From NCBI GenBank assembly GCA_050248855.1, contig JBFWRP010000010.1, positions 1 to 64,000 on the forward strand: a DNA stretch of 64,000 bases, read 5' to 3'. A program made the position numbers and the translations under genes. Source of the DNA: Planctomycetota bacterium. Lineage in GTDB: Bacteria > Planctomycetota > PLA2 > JAEUHO01. Every line of letters begins with the position of its first letter. Within the stretch, counting starts at the first letter, position 1. Under the pieces are notes generated by a model, which saw only the letters and a program-made list of their open reading frames with translations, was not told where the DNA came from and searched no databases. Positions 1 to 8,401 of the stretch are shown here, in pieces.

Positions 1-67
1 CCGCCCTGCGCTTCGGCATGCGCAAGTGCCCATCGGCAAGTTGCGGAAGAATTCCCCGCCTCCGTAC
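1..67. repeat. REPIN/MITE-like element, family B (right part; left arm cut by the window edge)
   Basis: Positions 1-67 align without gaps to 36636-36702, including the spacer and the right arm ggcaagYtgcggaagaaWtccccgcctccgtac. It lies in the intergenic region downstream of the HAD gene. Confidence 0.8.
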
Positions 68-177
68 GGGCTTTGCCGTCGGCATGAAGAACTGACACCG
101 TGCCACCGTCGCTTCGCTCCGAGGCACAGGTTCAGACACCTCCGCGCGCCTCGCTAGCCGGGCACCTCCGCGCGCGC

Positions 178-927
178 CTACACGTCGAGGTGGTAGGTGA
201 GGCGGAGGATGGGCACGAGCTCGCGCAGGTCGGCCATGGCGTGGTCGGGGCGGACGTCGGCATCCGTGCTGCCGTACTTGCCCGAGGCGCCCGTATAGAG
301 CACGGTCTTGAGACCGGCCGTGGCCGCCGGCGCGATGTCGTGGCTGGGCCGGTCCCCGACGTAGAGGGCGCGCGCCGGCGTCACGCCAGCGGCCTTGCAG
401 GCCTTCAGGAACAGCTTGGGGTTGGGCTTGCTGATCCCCATCTGGTCCGTGAAGAAGATGGCCGTGGGGTCGAAGTACTGGATCGCATCCAGACGAACGA
501 GCTTCTCGGCCTGCTTCACGTGCAAGCCCGCGGAAACGACGCCCAGGCGGACCCGGGCGCTGTAGAGGCGAAGCAGGACGCTCTGCACGTCGGGCAGCAT
601 CTCGAGGCCGTCGCGCTTGGTGCCGTGGTACGCGACGACCCCCGCGGCCACGAGGACCGCCGGGTTGCGCTTGGGGTAGCGCTCGGGCCCCAGACGATCG
701 AGGAGGCGCTCGAAGTGGTTGCCGTAGTTGCTGGAGAACTCGGCGACCACCTCGGCCAGCTCGGTCATGCCCTCCTCCTCCTCGACGAGGAGGCCGCGCT
801 CGATCATGGCGCGAATGGCGGCCCGGCGGGCGCGCTCGCTGAACACCGTGGTGCTGTAGAGCGTGTCGTCGATGTCGAAGAGGACGATGTCCAGGGCCGG
901 GCTGCCGGAGGGGGGAGGCGGCATCAC
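178..927 (-). CDS. HAD-superfamily hydrolase, TIGR02253 (archaeal-type) family
   Basis: Motif I FDIDDTL, KPNP and GDRPSHD motifs. The cap region (ARRAAIRAMIERGL, SSNYGNHFERLL, AAGVVAYHGTK, VKQAEKLVRL) resembles euryarchaeal TIGR02253 proteins. Confidence 0.85.
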   Translation of the reverse strand: MMPPPPSGSPALDIVLFDIDDTLYSTTVFSERARRAAIRAMIERGLLVEEEEGMTELAEVVAEFSSNYGNHFERLLDRLGPERYPKRNPAVLVAAGVVAYHGTKRDGLEMLPDVQSVLLRLYSARVRLGVVSAGLHVKQAEKLVRLDAIQYFDPTAIFFTDQMGISKPNPKLFLKACKAAGVTPARALYVGDRPSHDIAPAATAGLKTVLYTGASGKYGSTDADVRPDHAMADLRELVPILRLTYHLDV

Positions 928-990
928 GACGTCGCTCCGCGTCGGAGGGGAACCGATGCCCGGAGCCTACCGGGGCTGCGGCCCCCCTCC

Positions 991-1129
991 TACGGAGTCG
1001 GGTGAGATTCCAACCTCGGGCGGAACGTCCCGTACGGAGTCGGGTGAGATTCCAACCTCGGGCTGCCAGGCTCCCTCACATGGGCGGGGTCGCGGGGGCC
1101 CGAGGTTGGAATCTCACCCGACTCCGTAC
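991..1129. repeat. REP/REPIN-like cluster, family A: two direct copies and one inverted copy of a 31-bp unit
   Basis: tacggagtcgggtgagattccaacctcgggc occurs at 991-1021 and 1033-1063, with its exact reverse complement at 1098-1128 and a partial cgactccgtac at 1154-1164. Confidence 0.9.
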
Positions 1130-1166
1130 CCCGTACCCGACGACCCAGTACCGCGACTCCGTACCG

Positions 1167-1559
1167 CTACCGCCGCGCTGCCACGGCGCTGATCTCGACG
1201 CGGGCGTCCTTGGGCAGACGAGACACCTCGACCGTGACACGGGCGGGCGGGGCATCGCCGAAGTGGCGGCCGTACACCTCGTTCATCCGTGCGAAGTCGC
1301 CGAGGTCCGCCAAGTACACCTCGCAGCGCAGGACGCGGGCCATGCTCGACCCGGCGGCCTCGAGGATCGCGCGCAGGTTGCGCAGGACCTGCTCGGTCTC
1401 GCGGCCGACGTCGCCGCCGCCCACCATCTCTCCCGTGGTCGCATCCAGGGCCACCTGCCCCGCGGTGAACACGAGGTCGCCGTAGGCCATCGCCTGCCGG
1501 TAGGGGCCGATGGCCGCGGGCGCCCGTTCGGTGTGGATGGGCTCGGGGGACGCGCTCAT
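1167..1559 (-). CDS. ridA: RidA/YjgF/UK114 family enamine/imine deaminase
   Basis: APAAIGPYRQA, FTAGQVALD, MNEVYGRHF, PPARVTVEVSRLPKDARVEI with the catalytic Arg present. ATG at 1559 has GGAG upstream. Confidence 0.9.
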   Translation of the reverse strand: MSASPEPIHTERAPAAIGPYRQAMAYGDLVFTAGQVALDATTGEMVGGGDVGRETEQVLRNLRAILEAAGSSMARVLRCEVYLADLGDFARMNEVYGRHFGDAPPARVTVEVSRLPKDARVEISAVAARR

Positions 1560-1569
1560 GGAGGGGCTC

Positions 1570-2472
1570 CTACCGTCGGCCCTTGGGATCCAGGGCATCG
1601 CGCAGGCCGTCGCCCAGGAAGTTGAGGCTGAACAGCGTGAGCGCCAAGAACAGCGACGGCCAGAACAGCAGCCACCACTGGCTCTCGATCGGGTTGACGA
1701 CCTTCACCCCCTCCGAGACCAGGGCTCCCCACGAAAGCTGCAGTCCCAGTCCCAGGAAGGAGAGGAAGGACTCCAGGATGATCACGGCCGGCACCGTGAG
1801 CGTGGCGTACACGATCACCACGCCCAGGATGTTCGGCAGGATGTGGCGGATGATGATGCGGGAATCGCTCGCACCGAGCGCACGCGCCGCGTCCACGAAC
1901 TCCTGGTTGCGAAGCGACAGCACCTGGCCACGGACGATCCGGGCCATCGTGAGCCACTGCACCATGCCCAGCGCCGCGAAAATCGGGATCGGGTTGCCCC
2001 GATACTCCTCACCCACCACGATGAGCACGAGGATCACGAGGAACATGTAGGGAATGGCGTAGAGGATGTCCACGAACGCCATGATGACCTCGTCGACGCG
2101 CCCCCCCACGTAGCCCGCGATGGCCCCTACCGTCGTGCCGATCAGCACGGACACGATCGTGGCCACGAGGCCGACCAGCAGGGAGTAGCCGCCTCCGACG
2201 AGGACGCGCGCTGCATAGTCGCGACCGCCGCTGTCGGTCCCGAACGGTCCGACGCCCTCTGCCGACCAAGGCGCCTTGTTGACGACGTCGAGGTTGGTCG
2301 CCTCGGGGTCCAGGCCCAGGAGGAAGGGGAGAACACCGCACGCAAGCGCCATGAGCACGAGCACGACGGCGCCCACCAGCGCCATGCGGTTGCGGCGGAG
2401 GCGACGCCACGCGTCGCCCCACAGGCTGCGCCCCACCAACGAGGCGGCCGGAGCCGGTTGCGCGCCGCTCAT
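1570..2472 (-). CDS. oppC: Oligopeptide ABC transporter permease, OppC type
   Basis: SLWGDAWRRLRRNRMA N-terminus, FGTDSGGRD, EAA loop EFVDAARALGAS, LGDGLRDALDP. ATG at 2472 overlaps the oppB stop (ATGA). Confidence 0.92.
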   Translation of the reverse strand: MSGAQPAPAASLVGRSLWGDAWRRLRRNRMALVGAVVLVLMALACGVLPFLLGLDPEATNLDVVNKAPWSAEGVGPFGTDSGGRDYAARVLVGGGYSLLVGLVATIVSVLIGTTVGAIAGYVGGRVDEVIMAFVDILYAIPYMFLVILVLIVVGEEYRGNPIPIFAALGMVQWLTMARIVRGQVLSLRNQEFVDAARALGASDSRIIIRHILPNILGVVIVYATLTVPAVIILESFLSFLGLGLQLSWGALVSEGVKVVNPIESQWWLLFWPSLFLALTLFSLNFLGDGLRDALDPKGRR

Positions 2473-3680
2473 TCCGCCTCCGTGCGCGTGCGCGGATCGA
2501 GCCACGCGTAGGCGAGATCCACGAGCATGTTGAACATGGTGATCATCGTGAAGTAGATGAGTGCCGTCCCGAGCACCACGCTGTAGTCACGGTCGGTCGC
2601 GCCCGTGACGAACCAGCGGCCCATCCCGGGGATGCCGAAGAGCTGCTCCACGACGAACGAGCCCGTCATGATGCCGGCCACTGCGGGCCCCAAGAAGGAC
2701 ACCACCGGAAGGATGGCCCCCTTCAGGGCGTGTTTGAGCACGACGATGCGCTCGGGCAGACCCTTGGCGCGCGCCGTACGGATGTAGTCCTGCCGCATCA
2801 CCTCGATCGTCCCGCCGCGGGCCAATCGCGCGATGTAGGCCGCGTAGGGCAGCGCCAAGGTCAAGGCCGGCAGCACCAAGTGGCCGAGCGTCCCCCACCC
2901 CGCGACGGGGAACCAGCCCAGGTTCAGCGCGAACACGATCAACAGCAACGCACCGATGACGAAGTTGGGGAGCGAGATTCCGATCAGTGCGAGCGCCATG
3001 CTCGAGTAGTCGGCCACCGAGTTCGGCCTGAGCCCGGCACGCACGCCCAAGAACAATCCGATTCCAACGGCGAGCGAAATGGCAAGTAGTCCCAGGGTGG
3101 CGCTGACCGGGAACGCCGGCTGCAGGAGCTGGTTGACCGTTCGGCCCTGGCTCTTGACGGACAAGCCCAGCGACCCGTCCACGATCAAGTCGTGCATGTA
3201 GCCAGCGAAGAACTGGTTTGCACCCGGGTAGACCTTGAACTTGCTGGCCTTGGCCTCGAGCACGTTGGAGCTCGCCGCCTTCTCGCCCGCAAACGGACTT
3301 CCCGGCGCTTGGTACATGAGCAGGGTCGTCACATAGATCAGGAACACCATGCTCGGAATCATGAAGCAGAACTTGCGGTGGGCGAGCGAGGGCGCATAGC
3401 GCCACGCCATGAGCCCTGTCACTACCGATAGGGCAGCGGCCGTCGCCTCGCCCCCGTAGCGATCGGGAATCGCATGCTTGAGCAGGAGGAACAGGAGCAG
3501 GGCGAAGTAGACCGAGCCGAGAACGCGGACGACGGCCGCTGGGTACCAGGCCGTAGCCGCGATGAACACGAGGCCGAACACGACGGCGAGGCCGGTCTCG
3601 AGGCCAGCCGACTTGGCGTTGAGCCCTACGACGAGGCCAACGGCCAACAGGAACACAGCACCGAGGATCCAGCGAATCAC
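2469..3680 (-). CDS. oppB: Oligopeptide ABC transporter permease, OppB type, with ~100 aa extra N-terminal TM region
   Basis: APGSPF, DYIRTARAKGL, GSFVVEQLFGIPGMG, RDYSVVLG, VDLAYAWLDPR. Confidence 0.9.
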   Translation of the reverse strand: MIRWILGAVFLLAVGLVVGLNAKSAGLETGLAVVFGLVFIAATAWYPAAVVRVLGSVYFALLLFLLLKHAIPDRYGGEATAAALSVVTGLMAWRYAPSLAHRKFCFMIPSMVFLIYVTTLLMYQAPGSPFAGEKAASSNVLEAKASKFKVYPGANQFFAGYMHDLIVDGSLGLSVKSQGRTVNQLLQPAFPVSATLGLLAISLAVGIGLFLGVRAGLRPNSVADYSSMALALIGISLPNFVIGALLLIVFALNLGWFPVAGWGTLGHLVLPALTLALPYAAYIARLARGGTIEVMRQDYIRTARAKGLPERIVVLKHALKGAILPVVSFLGPAVAGIMTGSFVVEQLFGIPGMGRWFVTGATDRDYSVVLGTALIYFTMITMFNMLVDLAYAWLDPRTRTEAE

Positions 3681-3689
3681 GCGATCCTC

Positions 3690-5711
3690 CTAGCGGGCCC
3701 GCGGGCCACCGGTGATCCGGATGCCCCGAAGCGGGTGGATGTCTTGGAGGTTGGGCACCTTCGAGCCGTCGGGGAGCTCGAGCTCGGTGTGCCACCCCTC
3801 GACCCAAGGCTGCACGAGGTTCTGCGTCACGTAGTAGTAGATGGGAATGATCGGAAACTCGTCTTGGAACAGGATGGCCTCGGCCTCGCGAAACAGCTGC
3901 AAGCGAAGTGCCTCCGCCGCCTCGCGCCGGCTCGTGGCGTCCTGTGCTGAACGGACAGCGGCTGCCAATTCACGTGCCCGGTCTGGTTCCTTCAGGTCTC
4001 CTACCCACCCATCGAACGTCTCCAGCGCCTTCTCCACGTCGGCGGCCCGGCGAATCAAGCGGTCGTAGTGCGAGTTCGACCAGCCCGTCTGGTTGTTGCC
4101 GCCGTTGGTGACCCACATGTCCAAGAACGAGTTCGGGTCGAGGTAGTCGCCAATCCAAGCGGCTCGGGCGATCTCGTAGTCCAGGGCCAACGTATCCGCC
4201 AGATATGTCTGCCACTCCTTGTTGAGGGGCAGCACGTCCAGCCCGAGGTTGCGACGAAGCTGGTCGCTGACGACGTCCGCAATGAGCTTGTGGGTCTCGA
4301 GCGTGTTGTAGAGCAGCCTGAGCTTGCCGATGCCCTTCCCGTCGGCGTAGCCCGCCTCCGCGAGGAGGCGCTTCGCCCGCTCGACGTCGTAGCCGAGTTC
4401 GCTGTCGGGCGGGTTGTAGCGCGGAAGTCCAGGCGGAACGATGCGCAGCGCCGGCGGCTGGCCAGCCTGCAAGATGTTGTCGACGATGGCCTGTCGATCG
4501 ATGGCCAACCCGATTGCCTGACGCACCTTGGGGTTCTTCAACACCGGGTTGGTGCAGTTGAGCCGATAGTAGTAGACGATCATGCCCGGAGCCGAACGGA
4601 ACTCGGGGCGCTTCTGGAAGATGGGCACCAAGCTGGTGGGTGGGCCGGGCGCCCAGTCAACGTCCTTCGTCAGGAATAGATTCATGGCAGCCGTCGTGTC
4701 ATTGGTGGGCAGCGCATCGATGACGTCGAGCGCGATCTCGTCGCGTCCCCAGTACATCTTGCTCTTGACGAGTCGAATGCGCTCGTTGACCCGCCAATCC
4801 GCAAGGCGGTACGGTCCATTGCTCACGATCTTCTCGGGCAGGAACCAATCGTCCTCGTTGTCCTTCACCACGTGAGGCGGCACGGGGTAGGCCGGGTAGA
4901 ACGCCGTGATCTCCAGGAAGTACGGCGTTGGTGCGACGAGCTCGACAACGAGAACGGCAGAGTCCGAGGGGTCCACGTAGACGCCCTCGTCGATGCCGAA
5001 GTGGGCGTCCGCGTGCGCAAAGGCCTCCGCCCGTGCCGTGGCCTCGCGCTCGAAGGCTGCCGCGGCCCGTGAGAGCTCTTCCGCCAACACAGCCTGATCC
5101 GTACGCGCCAGCAAGTCGAGTAGGAAGGCATCCGTACTCCCCTTGACGGACGCCGTCACGTGCTTGTCACGCACGAAGCCTGCCCACCTACTGGCGGAAA
5201 CGGAGCCATCCGCGCCGGCCTCGAGGCTCGCCAGCCCCGGGATGACCTTCTTGCGAAGGTGATCGGCCGCAGAGCGATACGTGTTGTACGCCTCGGCGCC
5301 GCGCACCATGTGCAGGATGTAGGCGTACTCGCTGCCCAGATCGGGAGACTGCATGCGACGCCAAGACCATGCGACGTCGGCGGCAGTAACGGGGGTGCCG
5401 TCGCTCCAGACGGCGTTCTCCCGGATCCGGAAGCGGTACGTCCGTGCATCCTCCGAAATCGTCCACGAGGTGGCCAGGCCGGGCGTTGGCGCAAGGGACT
5501 TGGGATCGCGATACGTGAGTCCTTCGAAAATCGCGTCGGCCAGTCGCCCCTCCGGCTGCCCGGTCATCATCTGGGGATCCAGCGTCTTGGGCTCGGTGCC
5601 GTTGACGAAGACGAAGTCGGCGGCGCGCTCCGCGCTGCGCGCGAACGTGAAGAAGCCCAGGGCCAGCGCCGCCACGATCGCGGCCACGATCCCGATCAGC
5701 GTCCGGTACAT
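3690..5711 (-). CDS. oppA: Peptide ABC transporter substrate-binding protein (OppA, family 5)
   Basis: NGTEPKTLDP, IFEGL, WSDGTPVTAAD, VSNGPYRL, WIGDYLDP, PIIPIYYY; N-terminal membrane anchor. Confidence 0.9.
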   Translation of the reverse strand: MYRTLIGIVAAIVAALALGFFTFARSAERAADFVFVNGTEPKTLDPQMMTGQPEGRLADAIFEGLTYRDPKSLAPTPGLATSWTISEDARTYRFRIRENAVWSDGTPVTAADVAWSWRRMQSPDLGSEYAYILHMVRGAEAYNTYRSAADHLRKKVIPGLASLEAGADGSVSASRWAGFVRDKHVTASVKGSTDAFLLDLLARTDQAVLAEELSRAAAAFEREATARAEAFAHADAHFGIDEGVYVDPSDSAVLVVELVAPTPYFLEITAFYPAYPVPPHVVKDNEDDWFLPEKIVSNGPYRLADWRVNERIRLVKSKMYWGRDEIALDVIDALPTNDTTAAMNLFLTKDVDWAPGPPTSLVPIFQKRPEFRSAPGMIVYYYRLNCTNPVLKNPKVRQAIGLAIDRQAIVDNILQAGQPPALRIVPPGLPRYNPPDSELGYDVERAKRLLAEAGYADGKGIGKLRLLYNTLETHKLIADVVSDQLRRNLGLDVLPLNKEWQTYLADTLALDYEIARAAWIGDYLDPNSFLDMWVTNGGNNQTGWSNSHYDRLIRRAADVEKALETFDGWVGDLKEPDRARELAAAVRSAQDATSRREAAEALRLQLFREAEAILFQDEFPIIPIYYYVTQNLVQPWVEGWHTELELPDGSKVPNLQDIHPLRGIRITGGPRAR

Positions 5712-5812
5712 CCGACCTCCCTCGCCGCGGACGCTCCCATGCCCCCGCGGCCCCTAGCTCGGGGCCTCCGAAGTCTTGGCCCCCCCGCCGCGGGCCCCCG
5801 CGTGCGCCCGGG

Positions 5813-7780
5813 CTACTTCGTGGCGGCCCAGAGCGCGCCGACGAAGCCGGGCTTGCGCCACGCCGCCTCGCTGCCCCAGCCCTTGACCTTGCCGCCGAGC
5901 TCCGCCTCGCGCAGCACGGCCAGGGGCAGCACGATGTACTCGTCGAGCAGGCGTCGTTCGGCCTGGGCCAGCAGCTGCGACCGCTTCGTGGCATCGACGC
6001 CGGGATCGCGCGCGCCGTCGAGCAGCTTGTCGAGCTCGGCGTCGCGCCAGCCGGTGCCGTTCTCGGGGTTCATGCTGTGGAACCGGGAGAGGTAGGCTGC
6101 GGGATCGTCCGCGCCGCCGCGGACGAGCATGACCATGAGCTCGTAGCTGCCTGCCCGCAGCGACTTGAGCATCTCGCCTTCGTTGGCTTCCATGCGCTCG
6201 CCGCCCTCGGCGCCAAAGGCCTTCTCCCAGGACTTGAGCAGACCGCCGACGACGGTGTCGATGCGCGGATACAGCGGATAGCTGACCGTGTACCACTTCT
6301 CGAGGTCGAAACCGGACTCCTTGAAGGCGGCCTTGGCGGCCGCGGCGTTCGGTGCCGGCGCCGTCACGCCGGGCTCGCGGCCCGCGATGCCCGGCGGCAC
6401 CAGCCGGTCCAGCGGCTCGCCCGCGGGCCACAGCACGTTGGCGACGGCCGACGGCTCCACGAGACGCGCGAACGCCTCGCGGGCCTGCTTCTTGTCGAAC
6501 GGCGGACGGTCGCAGCGGAACACGAGGTAGAGCACGGCGCCCGAGGGCCGGGCCGCGAAGGCCTTTGACGCCTCGTACTTCCCGAGCACGTCTTCGTCCT
6601 TCTTCTTGGAGGAGTACGGCAGCTCCTGCCACGTGCAGAACACGTGGTCCGTGCTGCCGTTCTCGAACATGCGCAGGTCCTCGCGCTTGAGGGCGCTCTC
6701 GTTGGCCCACTGCTCCGTGAGGCACGCGATTTCCTTGGTCTTGGCCTTGTTGGGGCCGTCGTAGGTCTTGCTGCGGACCAGGTGCACGAGGCTGGCGGTC
6801 GGCTCGTTGGGCGTGTTGAACGGAGGCCGGGGCCCGCGGCCTTCGAAGTGGAACGGGCCGCTGCTGATGAACAGGTGCGCGTCCTCGAACATCTTGTCGC
6901 GGATGCTCTCGAAGCGCTCGTGCACGGGCGCGAACACGCCACGGGACACGAGGTCGGGCAAGTAGGGCACCACGCCTTCCGTGCGCAGCACGAGCGTGTG
7001 GGCGTCCTGGGCGTAGACGGGCGAGCCCTTCTTGCCGAACTGGTCCAAGGCGTCGTTGGCGGCGTTCTTGGCCTCGCGGCGCGCATCCTTCAACGCTTCG
7101 CCGACGTTCTTGACGGCCTCGGCGGGGAAGCTCTGCTTGGAGTCCCAGTTGGCCAGACGCACGATGGCGCGGCCCTTGACGCCGACGAGGTAGGGGCGCA
7201 CGCCCAGCTCGGTGAGCAAGTCGTTGAGGCGCTCACCCGGAATGCCCGTGGCCGTGCTGCGCTCGATCTCCTCGTCGAGCGCCCGGCGCAGCTCGCTGAA
7301 GAGCTCGACGCGTGCCGCGTTGGCGATCATCTCGCGGCAACCGTCCAGCACGAACAGCAGCTCCACCCACGGCGAGGCCTGGTCGGCCTGCTTGCTGCGG
7401 TCCAGCGTGCGCTTCCACGAGCGGACGAAGTCGGCCGACGTGACGGGGCTGCCGTCGCTCCACTTGGCCGTGGGGCGCAGCTTGAACGTCCACGTGACAC
7501 CCTTCTCGTCGCAGCTCCACGAGGTGGCGGCGCCAGGCTTGGCCGTGCCCGTCTCGGGATCGAGCGACGTCAGGGGCTCGAGGACCGCGATCAGGAGCCG
7601 CTCGTCGTTCATGCGGTTGGCGGCGTAGCGCGCCGGGTCCAGGAGGGGCGAGCCGTTCTCGTTGTAGCGCAGGACCACCGGATCATCGGTGGGCCCCGCC
7701 GCGGCGGGCGCCACGGGACCGGGCAGCACCAGGAGGAGGCCCAGGAGCAGGAAGGCCGGGACACGGAAGCGAAGGGGCAT
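5813..7780 (-). CDS. Second, divergent OppA-like family 5 substrate-binding protein
   Basis: Signal peptide; PGAATSW, WSDGSPVTSADFVRSWKR, SSGPF, LAQAERRLLDEYIVLPL. Confidence 0.8.
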   Translation of the reverse strand: MPLRFRVPAFLLLGLLLVLPGPVAPAAAGPTDDPVVLRYNENGSPLLDPARYAANRMNDERLLIAVLEPLTSLDPETGTAKPGAATSWSCDEKGVTWTFKLRPTAKWSDGSPVTSADFVRSWKRTLDRSKQADQASPWVELLFVLDGCREMIANAARVELFSELRRALDEEIERSTATGIPGERLNDLLTELGVRPYLVGVKGRAIVRLANWDSKQSFPAEAVKNVGEALKDARREAKNAANDALDQFGKKGSPVYAQDAHTLVLRTEGVVPYLPDLVSRGVFAPVHERFESIRDKMFEDAHLFISSGPFHFEGRGPRPPFNTPNEPTASLVHLVRSKTYDGPNKAKTKEIACLTEQWANESALKREDLRMFENGSTDHVFCTWQELPYSSKKKDEDVLGKYEASKAFAARPSGAVLYLVFRCDRPPFDKKQAREAFARLVEPSAVANVLWPAGEPLDRLVPPGIAGREPGVTAPAPNAAAAKAAFKESGFDLEKWYTVSYPLYPRIDTVVGGLLKSWEKAFGAEGGERMEANEGEMLKSLRAGSYELMVMLVRGGADDPAAYLSRFHSMNPENGTGWRDAELDKLLDGARDPGVDATKRSQLLAQAERRLLDEYIVLPLAVLREAELGGKVKGWGSEAAWRKPGFVGALWAATK

Positions 7781-7870
7781 GGACGTCCTCGGGGGTAGGC
7801 GGCCCAGGGGGCCGGCGGCGCTCGGCGGGGCTGCGGAGAGCGTCGGAACCCCCTCCGAAGGGGCGTCAGT

Positions 7871-8401
7871 CTACCCCTTGGCAGGCGGCCCGTCCTGCCC
7901 CCCCGTGGCGCCGATCCGGGCTGCGAGCGCTTGGGCGACCAGCGGGTGCACCCAGGCGTCGACCGAGCCTCCGAGGCGGGCCACCTCTCGCACGAGGGAG
8001 GCGCTGATGGCGCCGGTCGCCGCCGAGGGCGGCAGGAAGACGGTATCGACCTCCGGCGCGAGATCCCGGTTGGCGAAGGCCATGCGCATCTCGTAGTCCC
8101 AGTCCAGCGCCCCGCGGATCCCGCGCAGCAGGCAGCAGGCCCCGTGCGCCCGCGCGGCCTCCACGACGAGCCCACGGAATGGCGCCACGACGAGGCGCCG
8201 TCCCTCGGCGAGGCCCTCGGCCGCCAGCACGGCTCCCAGCAAGTGCACGCGCTCCTCAGCGGGGAACAGGGGCCTTCCCTGGTCGGCGACGACGCCCACG
8301 ACGACGCGGTCGAACAGGTCCAAGCCCCGCCGCACGAGGTCCACGTGGCCGTGCGTGACCGGATCGAACGTTCCCGGGAAGAGGGCGGTGCGCTGGCTCA
8401 T
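7871..8401 (-). CDS. coaD: Phosphopantetheine adenylyltransferase
   Basis: ALFPGTFDPVTHGHVD, LLRGIR, DWDYEMRMAFANR, ISASLVREVA. ATG at 8401 overlaps the upstream stop. The longer ORF-track frame upstream is a shadow of lptD. Confidence 0.93.
   Translation of the reverse strand: MSQRTALFPGTFDPVTHGHVDLVRRGLDLFDRVVVGVVADQGRPLFPAEERVHLLGAVLAAEGLAEGRRLVVAPFRGLVVEAARAHGACCLLRGIRGALDWDYEMRMAFANRDLAPEVDTVFLPPSAATGAISASLVREVARLGGSVDAWVHPLVAQALAARIGATGGQDGPPAKG

Noticed and set aside
137..180. Short direct repeat cacctccgcgcgc downstream of the HAD gene
   Set aside because: There are only two ~13-bp GC-rich copies, with no further support.
991..1129. Possible mini CRISPR array (31-bp repeats)
   Set aside because: The spacer between direct copies is only 11 bp, the third copy is inverted, the same unit recurs as an inverted pair at 19248-19341, and no cas genes are present.
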